Part shown: piece after piece, positions 1 to 8,002 of the stretch
Layout: each line of letters opens with the position of its first letter
Position numbering within the stretch: the stretch's first letter is position 1
Assembly (NCBI GenBank): GCA_002409145.1
Contig: DHUL01000040.1
Coordinates: 16,590-69,209, forward strand
Length of the DNA stretch: 52,620 bases
Source: Bacteroidales bacterium UBA5235
GTDB lineage: Bacteria > Bacteroidota > Bacteroidia > Bacteroidales > VadinHA17
Reading direction: 5' to 3'
Program-made: the position numbers and the translations under genes
The notes under the pieces: generated by a model
Told to the model about the DNA's origin: nothing
The model's database searches: none
Seen by the model: only the letters and a program-made list of their open reading frames with translations

Positions 1-800
1 CTGAGATGGGTATCAACCCATGGGCCGAGGTGAGGCAATCCGTGCAGATACTTGTCAGCTATATTCAGTCCGCCAACAAAACCGACTTTTCCGTCAACCA
101 CCAGTATTTTCCTGTGGTTCCGGTAGTTGATCTTGCTTGAGAAACTTGGGAAACGAACCGGGAGAAAAGGGTATATCTGCACTCCGGCATCTCGCATCAT
201 ATTTATGTACGGTTTTCGGATGTTCCAGCTCCCGACATCGTCATAGATGACCCTGACCTTAACCCCCTCCCCTGCCTTTCGGATCATCAGTTCACTGAAT
301 TCCATTCCAATAGTGTCAGGTTCAATGCGGTAGAACTCAAGGTGAATAAAGCTGGTGGCGGAGGCTACGGCGTCAAGCATGGCAGGAAATGTCTGGCTGC
401 CGTTGACCAGCAGGTCAATCTTGTTGTCAAGCGTAAGCAGCGACCTGTTGTTTCTGAGCATCAGGTGTATGAGATTTCCTTTTGACCTGATGGCATCGCT
501 CTCGCCGGCCAGTACTGATGAGAGCAGCCTGACCTGGCGGTCAGCATGGTCATTCAGCCTGGCGCTGTCAGCCATGCTCTTACGGGTATATATCTTCTGC
601 TTACGGTAGTTCTTACCGAAAAAGAAATAGACAATGATGCCCACGACAGGAACAAACAGAATAACCAGCAGCCATGAAAGGGTCTTGAGCGGATTACGGT
701 TCTCAAATACAATCATCAGACAAATGGCAAAAACAGCTATCAGGTAGACAACTGAAAGGACGTTTCTGACAATATATATAGTGTTCCCTGCCAGGATCAT
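1..800 (-). CDS. cls: Cardiolipin synthase, N-terminal part (runs off the window start)
   Basis: Not in the ORF track; my translation from ATG at 800 gives MILAGNTIYIVRNVLSVVYL...ENRNPLKTLSW (PLDc_N helices)...YDDVGS...NYRNHRKILVVDGKVGFVGGLNIAD, the first HKD motif of the PLD family. Confidence 0.93.
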   Translation of the reverse strand, partial: MILAGNTIYIVRNVLSVVYLIAVFAICLMIVFENRNPLKTLSWLLVILFVPVVGIIVYFFFGKNYRKQKIYTRKSMADSARLNDHADRQVRLLSSVLAGESDAIRSKGNLIHLMLRNNRSLLTLDNKIDLLVNGSQTFPAMLDAVASATSFIHLEFYRIEPDTIGMEFSELMIRKAGEGVKVRVIYDDVGSWNIRKPYINMMRDAGVQIYPFLPVRFPSFSSKINYRNHRKILVVDGKVGFVGGLNIADKYLHGLPHLGPWVDTHL

Positions 801-831
801 CTCGACTCAGCTCACATACTCCCGTAAATAT

Positions 832-872
832 AAAAAAAGAACTCTTCCGGCAGACTGCGGAAGAGCTCTTTT
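832..872 (-). terminator. Intrinsic terminator after the beta-barrel gene, possibly bidirectional
   Basis: AAAAAAAGAACTCTTCCG-gcagactg-CGGAAGAGCTCTTTT stem-loop with an A run on the left (U tract on the minus strand), about 15 bp past the stop at 887. Confidence 0.8.
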
Positions 873-886
873 GTATGTTACGGATG

Positions 887-1504
887 TCAGAAGATCAGCC
901 CAACCTGAACAAGCAATGCTCCTGTGCGGTCATCAAGCTTGAAGTTTTGGCCACGGATTTCTATCTCATCACCAAACTGGTTGAGGTTACCCTCATACCT
1001 CAGGTCGAAGGTAAGTCTCTTGAGCAGGTCGAATCCCAGGCCTGCCTGATATCCAAAGGTTGCCCTCTTGTAGGTGGCTCCTTCTATAATCTCCTTCGGA
1101 TCTGATATCATGACTGAAGCTGCAGGTCCGGCGTTAATTCTCAGGGGACCAACCTTGACCCCGAGGAGAACGGGAATATTCAGTTTGTTGAATTTCTGAT
1201 TGTAGACCACCGGAGCGCCCCCGGCCTCCACATCTTCATAGGTTACCGAGTTGGTTGCCGTTGCAAGAATAAGCTCAGGCTGGATATAGAGTCCCGCAAA
1301 GGAAGCCCTCATGAACACTCCGCCCTGGAAGCCCCACTCAGCATCCTTCGCTTTCTGAAGAATCACCTCGAAATCGGTACCCTGAAAGGTCTGATTGGTA
1401 AAGGTGAAGTCCGTGCTTGCCCCGGCCTTGAGACCGAACTTAACCTGTGAAAACAGCGGCGTAGCAAGAACAAGTGCAAGAACAATGACAATGAACTTTT
1501 TCAT
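887..1504 (-). CDS. Outer-membrane beta-barrel protein (PorT/porin-like)
   Basis: Signal peptide, FGLKAG N-terminal strand, YIQPE and NIPVLLG motifs, C-terminal Phe. Confidence 0.85.
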   Translation of the reverse strand: MKKFIVIVLALVLATPLFSQVKFGLKAGASTDFTFTNQTFQGTDFEVILQKAKDAEWGFQGGVFMRASFAGLYIQPELILATATNSVTYEDVEAGGAPVVYNQKFNKLNIPVLLGVKVGPLRINAGPAASVMISDPKEIIEGATYKRATFGYQAGLGFDLLKRLTFDLRYEGNLNQFGDEIEIRGQNFKLDDRTGALLVQVGLIF

Positions 1505-1602
1505 TTTTTGCAGTTTTGGTTAAAAGAACAGTAGTTATTGTTCTGATAAACGCAAGATACGGGCCAAAGGTTGCACCGGACGCCCACAAAATGTCTGTTT
1601 TT

Positions 1603-2130
1603 TTACTTTTTGGCCAGTTCCGAGAATATTACTGACTTCATTTTATCAAACTCTTCACGTTCGAAGAGGCGTGTCAGAAAGATTATTTTGCCGTTACGGT
1701 CAATGATTATATTCCGCGTCACTCCTGCCTGTTTCTCGGCATACAACCCGAAAATGTCAGCCCCCGGGTCAAGTGCCAGCGGGTAGGTGATTTTCATATC
1801 AGCGGCAAATTTCTTAACCGTCGCCTCAGGTTCGTCACGGTCAATACCGATAACCACAAGACCCTGCTTCCTGCCGGGCAGCCATATCTCATCCTCGATG
1901 AAAGGCATCTCCTTACGGCATACGCTGCACCAGCTGGCTGTGAACTGAAGCATCACAACCTTTCCCTTCAGGTCAGACAGCTTATAGCTCTTTCCACCAG
2001 ATTCATTGATTGTAAAATCAGGTGCCATGTCACCCACTCTTACAAGATAGTTGTTCTCATACACCTTCTGCCCATGAGATGAAGCAGCAAACACCAACAG
2101 GGCAATCATCATCAAAACTGTTCTCTTCAT
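1603..2130 (-). CDS. TlpA/ResA-family thiol-disulfide oxidoreductase
   Basis: Signal peptide, VGDMAPDF, LSDLKGKVVML, ASWCSVC (CxxC), IIDRNGKI. Confidence 0.9.
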   Translation of the reverse strand: MKRTVLMMIALLVFAASSHGQKVYENNYLVRVGDMAPDFTINESGGKSYKLSDLKGKVVMLQFTASWCSVCRKEMPFIEDEIWLPGRKQGLVVIGIDRDEPEATVKKFAADMKITYPLALDPGADIFGLYAEKQAGVTRNIIIDRNGKIIFLTRLFEREEFDKMKSVIFSELAKK

Positions 2131-2235
2131 CGCTTTATATTAAAGGTGCTAAGATAAATGAATTCTCTGGTTACACTGGTAACCGGGATGTGGTAATTAT
2201 GCCTGCCCGGCATCTCCGGAGAATGCTACTCCACC

Positions 2236-3591
2236 TTATTTCAGAAGCTCATAGGAAAGACCTGCCTGAAACGATGCATTTTTGTCCAGATAGGGATTCC
2301 CCAGCAACCAGCCTTTTGTTTTTCCTGATACCGAGACAAATCCTGAGAAACTGTCACTGAACAAATACCATGTCCTGATTCCGGCGTACCCTCCGGAAAC
2401 CATGGAATCTGAGAAGAATGATTCAGGCTGGCTCCATACATTCAACCTGAGCTCTGACCGTAACTTGCCTGAGCCACCCAGGTTGTAGAGTGACAGACCG
2501 GCTCCAAAACCTGTGTCACTTTTGTTGCTGTACCTGTGAGCATTTGCCATGATACCGAATCTCCTGAACCTGACCGGGACATAGAGTGCTATGTCATTGC
2601 CGAAATGAGTGGGAGAATACTGAGTGAAGAAATTGAATGAAAATCCTTCACTGATCTTTATTCTGTCGATAAAGAATATGCCGGGATTAAGAAAATTAAG
2701 AAGCGACAGGTTCTTCTGCCTGTTAAGGTAATCCTGCTCTTCGGAGGAGAGATCAGAAAAGCCGATCCGCCTGTTGACACCTTCACCTCCGGGGAACGGA
2801 TCCCTTTCCGTATAAGGCAGATCCGGATTGAACATGTCATGTATCCAGGCATTCAGGTCTGCTCCTGCATAATCCCTTTCAGCAGGATTGGCATCCTCAT
2901 GCGGTGGAGCCAGTACCTTTACAGAGTCGCTGGCCGGACTTGCAGAGAACCTGAAGTAATTGTATACATACCAGGCATTATATAACAGCAGAGAGGCTTT
3001 GGGTAAAGACCTTTCGAAATAGAAATCACTGATTGCAATCCGTTCATTCAGATTTATTTCATATTGCACTCCGGCAACATAAGAGTAGAGCAGGTTATCA
3101 AGTCCGGTGGTCTTCAGCTCTTCCAGAGTCATATCCGAAATCCCGTAAACAGTCCCGTCCCAGCGGCTGAGGAACCAGTTACCGTTCTTCGAGGAGATTC
3201 CTGCAGTGCCGAGGACAGCCCGATGATACTCCTCATGAGCCCATACTCCGAGCGGAATCGGAAGTTCACTGCCATATTTCGAAAATCCAAGTCCCAGGGC
3301 ATACTTGAATGCATTATTGGAAAATCTGCCGAACCTTGTTTCCGGCTTTGACCTGGAAGTAAAAACAGCATCTCCGAGTTCATCAATTCCCCAGAATGCC
3401 AGGTCATACATGCCTGAGGAGAATTCAAGTGCCTGGTTCATGGAGGGGTACCTGTATGGCAGGTCAATGTTCTGCGGCAGGTCAATCAAGGGAATGTCAA
3501 GCCTTAGCTTGTATTCGCGATTGTCCTGACCGGATAAGATTGCTGCAGATAATAGGAATGCTGACATCAAAACGATTTGACTTGATTTCAT
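2236..3591 (-). CDS. Secreted or outer-membrane hypothetical protein with an HExxH motif
   Basis: 451-aa ORF, signal peptide, WAHEEYHRA, amphipathic beta-strand C-terminus ending FQAGLSYELLK. Confidence 0.75.
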   Translation of the reverse strand: MKSSQIVLMSAFLLSAAILSGQDNREYKLRLDIPLIDLPQNIDLPYRYPSMNQALEFSSGMYDLAFWGIDELGDAVFTSRSKPETRFGRFSNNAFKYALGLGFSKYGSELPIPLGVWAHEEYHRAVLGTAGISSKNGNWFLSRWDGTVYGISDMTLEELKTTGLDNLLYSYVAGVQYEINLNERIAISDFYFERSLPKASLLLYNAWYVYNYFRFSASPASDSVKVLAPPHEDANPAERDYAGADLNAWIHDMFNPDLPYTERDPFPGGEGVNRRIGFSDLSSEEQDYLNRQKNLSLLNFLNPGIFFIDRIKISEGFSFNFFTQYSPTHFGNDIALYVPVRFRRFGIMANAHRYSNKSDTGFGAGLSLYNLGGSGKLRSELRLNVWSQPESFFSDSMVSGGYAGIRTWYLFSDSFSGFVSVSGKTKGWLLGNPYLDKNASFQAGLSYELLK

Positions 3592-3761
3592 AGCTTAGAT
3601 TTTAAGGATTTGTAGAAGAACAGATAAACATCCTTATTGTTCAGTCAGAGCCGGAGTGCCCGACTCCGGGATGTATCTTCTACCTGAACTGATGACGGTA
3701 CATACCACTGCATCTCTTGCAGAAGGAATAATGAGCGTCTGAGGCATATCCCGACGTTCCT

Positions 3762-4145
3762 TCAGACCACCTCATCATCAATTATTACCTCCAGGTAAAT
3801 ATTGCTTTTTTTCAGTTCAAGATAACTATCATCAGACTCTCTGAATCCATATTCGAAACAGTACGACCACCGGATGCCCTCCCTGGTCTCGACGAGATGC
3901 GTAAAAAAGGTAAAATTATAGCCCTGGGCTATCAGGGCATCACGGTGAATATGTTGATGACCGTCCCCGAAAAGGTCTGACAGAATCTTCCTGTTGCGCC
4001 TGAGCTGCGCATGCACATTCCGGACATAGTTGTTCTGATCACGGTTGAGACGGTTGTTGTAATTGTTCCTGCACTGGTCAGAACAGAATTTTTTATCAGA
4101 CCGTCCGAGGAGCCTGGCTCCGCAGTCAAGACATACTCTTTCCAC
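3762..4145 (-). CDS. Zn-finger hypothetical protein (DUF2116-like, CxxC...GRxDKKFCSxxCR)
   Basis: CLDC...GRSDKKFCSDQCRNNYNN...LRRNRKIL...GYNF...YCFEYG pattern; GTG start. Confidence 0.8.
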   Translation of the reverse strand: MERVCLDCGARLLGRSDKKFCSDQCRNNYNNRLNRDQNNYVRNVHAQLRRNRKILSDLFGDGHQHIHRDALIAQGYNFTFFTHLVETREGIRWSYCFEYGFRESDDSYLELKKSNIYLEVIIDDEVV

Positions 4146-4228
4146 AGCAGTAATGTTTCCTTAAAGATATGAAAAAACTACGGAACCGGCATCCATGAAA
4201 TTGTATATCCTTCTGATTACTATTCTAT

Positions 4229-4286
4229 AACCCGTTTACAAACGGATATAAACGACTGTTAAATGTATAGAAATGATTAATAACCG
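4229..4286. promoter_or_regulatory. Palindrome plus helically phased AAACG-like repeats between the Zn-finger gene and ssb
   Basis: CCGTTT-ac-AAACGG at 4232-4245; AAACG/AAACG/AAATG/AAATG/AACCG starting at 4240, 4250, 4261, 4271, 4282. Confidence 0.5.
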
Positions 4287-4351
4287 GATCATATGCCGGC
4301 GAGGGTGCACATTTGTATTGTTAACAGCATTATTAACTAAAAACAAAGGTC

Positions 4352-4816
4352 ATGAATGCATTAAGGAACAAAGTTCAGCTGATCGGTCGCCTGGGACAGG
4401 ATCCGGAAATCAGAACACTTGAGAGCGGAAAGAAGGTTGCTCACTTCAACCTCGCCACGAATGAGAGCTACAAAAACTCTGAAGGTGCGAAGATCGATGA
4501 GACAACATGGCACAGTATTGTAGCATGGAACGGTCTTGCCGAACTTAGCTCGAAGTATCTCACCAGGGGCAAGGAGGTATGCATCGAAGGACGTATAAGC
4601 TATCGCTCCTATACTGACAAAAACGGAATCCAGAGGAACATTACGGAGATCGTGGCCTCAGATATGGTAATGCTTGGTTCAGGAACCAGGTCCAGGGGAC
4701 TGATCAGCGATGAACCCGGGGAGGATATGGCTGGTGACCCGGCCGCAGGGCCGGCTGATGAGCCGGCTGAAGCGGAGGCTTCAGTTCATCGTGGCAGCAG
4801 GGCCAGGATGAAGTAA
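4352..4816 (+). CDS. ssb: Single-stranded DNA-binding protein (paralogue type, no DDLPF-like tail)
   Basis: NKVQLIGRLGQDPE, FNLATNE, TTWHSIVAW, IEGRI..RSY, TEIVA (OB-fold motifs). Confidence 0.93.
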   Translation: MNALRNKVQLIGRLGQDPEIRTLESGKKVAHFNLATNESYKNSEGAKIDETTWHSIVAWNGLAELSSKYLTRGKEVCIEGRISYRSYTDKNGIQRNITEIVASDMVMLGSGTRSRGLISDEPGEDMAGDPAAGPADEPAEAEASVHRGSRARMK

Positions 4817-4934
4817 ACCAGTCACTTTCACTCATCGCAGCAGCATGGCAGGAATGAAGTGAAACCGTCCGGGATCTGTTACCGGAAGAAAGCCAATCAT
4901 TGGGGGGCAGAGAGTGGGGAGAGGTCGTCTCGCT

Positions 4935-4966
4935 GGCAGGCCCCGGCAAAGCGCCGGGGCCTGTTT
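4935..4966 (+). terminator. GC-rich hairpin between convergent ssb and iorB
   Basis: CAGGCCCCGGC-aaagc-GCCGGGGCCTG followed by TTT and a later T run. Confidence 0.65.
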
Positions 4967-5004
4967 GTCCGGCTGTTTTTTCTCTGCTCCGGCAGCTGAA
5001 TGCG

Positions 5005-5583
5005 TCACCTGGCCGCTGCTGCATCCCTCCCGGCACGCAGTGCCTTCAGGTTGACCTCTACCATCTCTTCTCCCTTGCGGCCAAACATCTTCCTGACTGC
5101 ATCCTCGAGGGCTTTGAATGGCATCGAGATAAATGATGAAGCAGCACCCAGGATGACCATATTGCCTGATCTGGCTGACCCCAGGTCACGCGCAATGCTG
5201 TCTGCATCAAGGACGATGGTGTTGCCCGCCCTGCCCAGTTCAGCAACCACCTCTCCCACCTCCGGGTAATCAGAGATATTTACAAAGGGAACTGAATTGG
5301 TCACCAGCCATCCACTGTCAGAGAGCCATGGCAGATAACGAAGTGCCTCCATGGGCTCCACACTGATTATCAGATCAGCACCCCCATGCGGTATGAGATC
5401 AGAAAAAATTTCCCTGTCAGAGAGACGCAGATGCGACTGTACATCGCCTCCCCGCTGGCTCATGCCATGCACCTCTGCCTGCTTGAGGAAGAGGTTCTGT
5501 TCAACGGCTGCAAGCCCTATGGTGGCTGCAATTGAGAGAATACCCTGTCCTCCCACACCTGCTAATATAATATCACATTTCAT
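5005..5583 (-). CDS. iorB: Indolepyruvate:ferredoxin oxidoreductase beta subunit
   Basis: ILAGVGGQGIL, EVHGMSQRGGDV, NMVILGA; directly downstream of iorA. Confidence 0.95.
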   Translation of the reverse strand: MKCDIILAGVGGQGILSIAATIGLAAVEQNLFLKQAEVHGMSQRGGDVQSHLRLSDREIFSDLIPHGGADLIISVEPMEALRYLPWLSDSGWLVTNSVPFVNISDYPEVGEVVAELGRAGNTIVLDADSIARDLGSARSGNMVILGAASSFISMPFKALEDAVRKMFGRKGEEMVEVNLKALRAGRDAAAAR

Positions 5584-5584
5584 A

Positions 5585-7204
5585 TCATTCCCTTGATTTG
5601 TTTTTCTCAGCCGCTTCGGCCTTTTTGTTGCGTGATGCCGTCTGTATGCACTCTCGTCTTGCCAGTATCACCGAGATACCGTGATAGTTGAGCTCAGTGC
5701 TGATAACGGCTTTGTTCTCCTCATGATTCTTTTTCAGAGGCACTATCACCTTCAGGTGATCAGGATCAACACCCAGTCCCAGGCATATGCTCTCAAGCCT
5801 GTCTGTGGCCTGCGACTTTTGTCCCCCGGTCATCCCGGTGGTGGAGTTGTCAGATATAATCAGTGTAATCGGTGAATTCTTGATCACCGCATCAAGGAGC
5901 CCTGTCATACCAGAATGGGTAAAGGTGGAGTCACCTATCACCGCCACTGCCGGAAAGAGCCCGGCATCAGCTGCCCCTGCTGCCATGGTCACTGAGGCGC
6001 CCATATCAACGCATGAATTAACCATGTTATATGGCGGAAGTGCACCGAGGGTATAACAGCCGATGTCAGAAAAAACCCGCCCGGGCCCGATTTCAGCCAT
6101 CACCTCTGACAACGCCTGGTACAGGTCGGCATGGCCGCACCCCTTGCAGAACGATGGCGGTCGCTGACGTACAAGTGAGGGCACCTCCCTGCCCTGACCG
6201 GCCTTCAGACCAAGAGCTCTGGCAACAATAGAAGGATTCAGCTCCCCGTCACGGGGTACCGTGCCGTCCAACCTGCCCAGAACCGTCACATCACGGTCCA
6301 GAAGACCCCTTAGCTGCTCCTCAATGATAGGATAACCTTCTTCCAGCACAAGAACCCTGTCACATCTCTCTACCAATGCTGCCACCTTTTCCCTGTTAAC
6401 CGGATAGGCACCAACAGAGAGTACATGATAATCAGCCTGACTGTCAATAATGTTTTCCATCAGATAGTTGTATGCAATCCCGCAGGTAATGACCCCTGTG
6501 CCCCTGCCATTGCCTGCCCTGAGACTGTTGAACCCGTCAATAACCTCGTCGGTGCGCAATTTCTCATAAACAGAAGTAAGCGCCCTGTACTGCTTCCTGG
6601 CTATGGCAGGGAGAAGCACAAACTGACGAGGATTGGAAGGCAGGCTGACACCGTTCTGTGCAATCTTTTCCCTCAGGGTAACCGCTGACCTCGAATGAGC
6701 AAGCCTTGTGGTGATCCGGAAAAGCACAGGAAGCCTGTATTTCTCAGAGAGTGCAAAGGCATCGAAGATCATGTCATAGGCCTCCTGCTGGTTACGCGGT
6801 TCCATCACCGGCACCATGGCAAACCTGCCGTAAAAGCGCGAGTCCTGCTCATTCTGAGATGAATGCATCGACGGATCATCAGCTGATACAACCACCAGCC
6901 CCCCGTTGACTCCCGTTACAGCCGAGTTGATGAAGGCGTCAGCTGCAACATTCAGCCCTACATGCTTCATCGCAACCATCGCTCTCCTTCCTGCATAGGA
7001 CATACCAAGGGCAGACTCCATGGCTGTCTTCTCATTCGACGACCATTCGCGGCGAACACCACCTTCAGCGGCCTGCGGCGAAGCCTGGATGTACTCCATT
7101 ATCTCAGTTGACGGAGTTCCCGGATAAGCATACATTCCGCTCAGGCCGGCATCCAGGGCAGCCTGCGCAATGGCCTCATCTCCAAGTAATAAGAGTTTAT
7201 GCAT
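5585..7204 (-). CDS. iorA: Indolepyruvate:ferredoxin oxidoreductase alpha subunit
   Basis: YPGTPSTE, NEKTA, MKHVGLNVAAD, DDPSMHSSQNEQD, FCKGCGH, DIGCY, GDSTFTHSG TPP motif. Confidence 0.95.
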   Translation of the reverse strand: MHKLLLLGDEAIAQAALDAGLSGMYAYPGTPSTEIMEYIQASPQAAEGGVRREWSSNEKTAMESALGMSYAGRRAMVAMKHVGLNVAADAFINSAVTGVNGGLVVVSADDPSMHSSQNEQDSRFYGRFAMVPVMEPRNQQEAYDMIFDAFALSEKYRLPVLFRITTRLAHSRSAVTLREKIAQNGVSLPSNPRQFVLLPAIARKQYRALTSVYEKLRTDEVIDGFNSLRAGNGRGTGVITCGIAYNYLMENIIDSQADYHVLSVGAYPVNREKVAALVERCDRVLVLEEGYPIIEEQLRGLLDRDVTVLGRLDGTVPRDGELNPSIVARALGLKAGQGREVPSLVRQRPPSFCKGCGHADLYQALSEVMAEIGPGRVFSDIGCYTLGALPPYNMVNSCVDMGASVTMAAGAADAGLFPAVAVIGDSTFTHSGMTGLLDAVIKNSPITLIISDNSTTGMTGGQKSQATDRLESICLGLGVDPDHLKVIVPLKKNHEENKAVISTELNYHGISVILARRECIQTASRNKKAEAAEKNKSRE

Positions 7205-7321
7205 AATTATTTAGCTTTAGTTTGTTTTCGGTTACGGCGACAGTAAAGATGATTAAAGTTAAGTTAAAATCAAGAAGTAAATGTCATTATTGTTTACTTT
7301 ACATCACAAAATTATCTGTCA

Positions 7322-8002
7322 TTGAAGAAGTTTTTGGTGATTTGTATCATGCTGTCGTTTCCGGGCTTGTGGCTGGATGCCCAGACTGGTGAAAAAAAGT
7401 ATATCCAGATAGATGGCATGACAGCAGATGAGAGAGGGTTCGTTGTTCCTGATGTAAGTATATATTCGAAGCACCTGCGCCGCGGGGCCGCAAGTGATCA
7501 CAGAGGTATCTTCTCCATAATAAGTGCCCCCGGAGATACTGTATTCTTCAGTTCAATAGGCTACAAACCGACTCTTCTGACGATTCCTTCAGCTGTCATC
7601 GGCGACCATTACATCACCGATGTAATTATGGTCACCGATACAATACAGATTGGCGAGGTGATTGTCCTTCCGTGGAAGACCTATTCCGAATTCAAAAGGG
7701 CAGTAATTGCGGATAAACCCAATGACCCCCTGATGGATAACGTGGAGTATAACCTTGCTATGGTCCAGCAGCAGATATGGAGTGACATACGCCCTACACC
7801 GGGCGAGGCCTACCACTACACCATGCAGCAGATGGCTGATAATCTTTATACCAGGGGTCAGTCGCCCTCAAACAACCTGCTCAATCCTTTTGCCTGGCAG
7901 AAATTTGTCAGGGGAGTCAAGGATGGAATGTTGAAGAATGAACCTTCCAAGGCCGTTAAGGTTAAGAAGAATAAAAGCCGCAAGAAAAAAAAGAATGACT
8001 GA
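7322..8002 (+). CDS. Carboxypeptidase-like regulatory domain-containing protein
   Basis: TTG start, signal peptide, G.FSI...GDTVFFSSIGY, IGEVIV. Confidence 0.8.
   Translation: MKKFLVICIMLSFPGLWLDAQTGEKKYIQIDGMTADERGFVVPDVSIYSKHLRRGAASDHRGIFSIISAPGDTVFFSSIGYKPTLLTIPSAVIGDHYITDVIMVTDTIQIGEVIVLPWKTYSEFKRAVIADKPNDPLMDNVEYNLAMVQQQIWSDIRPTPGEAYHYTMQQMADNLYTRGQSPSNNLLNPFAWQKFVRGVKDGMLKNEPSKAVKVKKNKSRKKKKND

Noticed and set aside
355-609. Plus-strand 84-aa ORF
   Set aside because: Antisense shadow of the cardiolipin synthase gene
3635-3720. Hairpin CCGGAGT...ACTCCGG and a CTGATGAC motif suggesting a fluoride riboswitch
   Set aside because: The motif is on the strand opposite the downstream gene and the GGCGATGG-type 5' element is missing; only a simple hairpin is supportable
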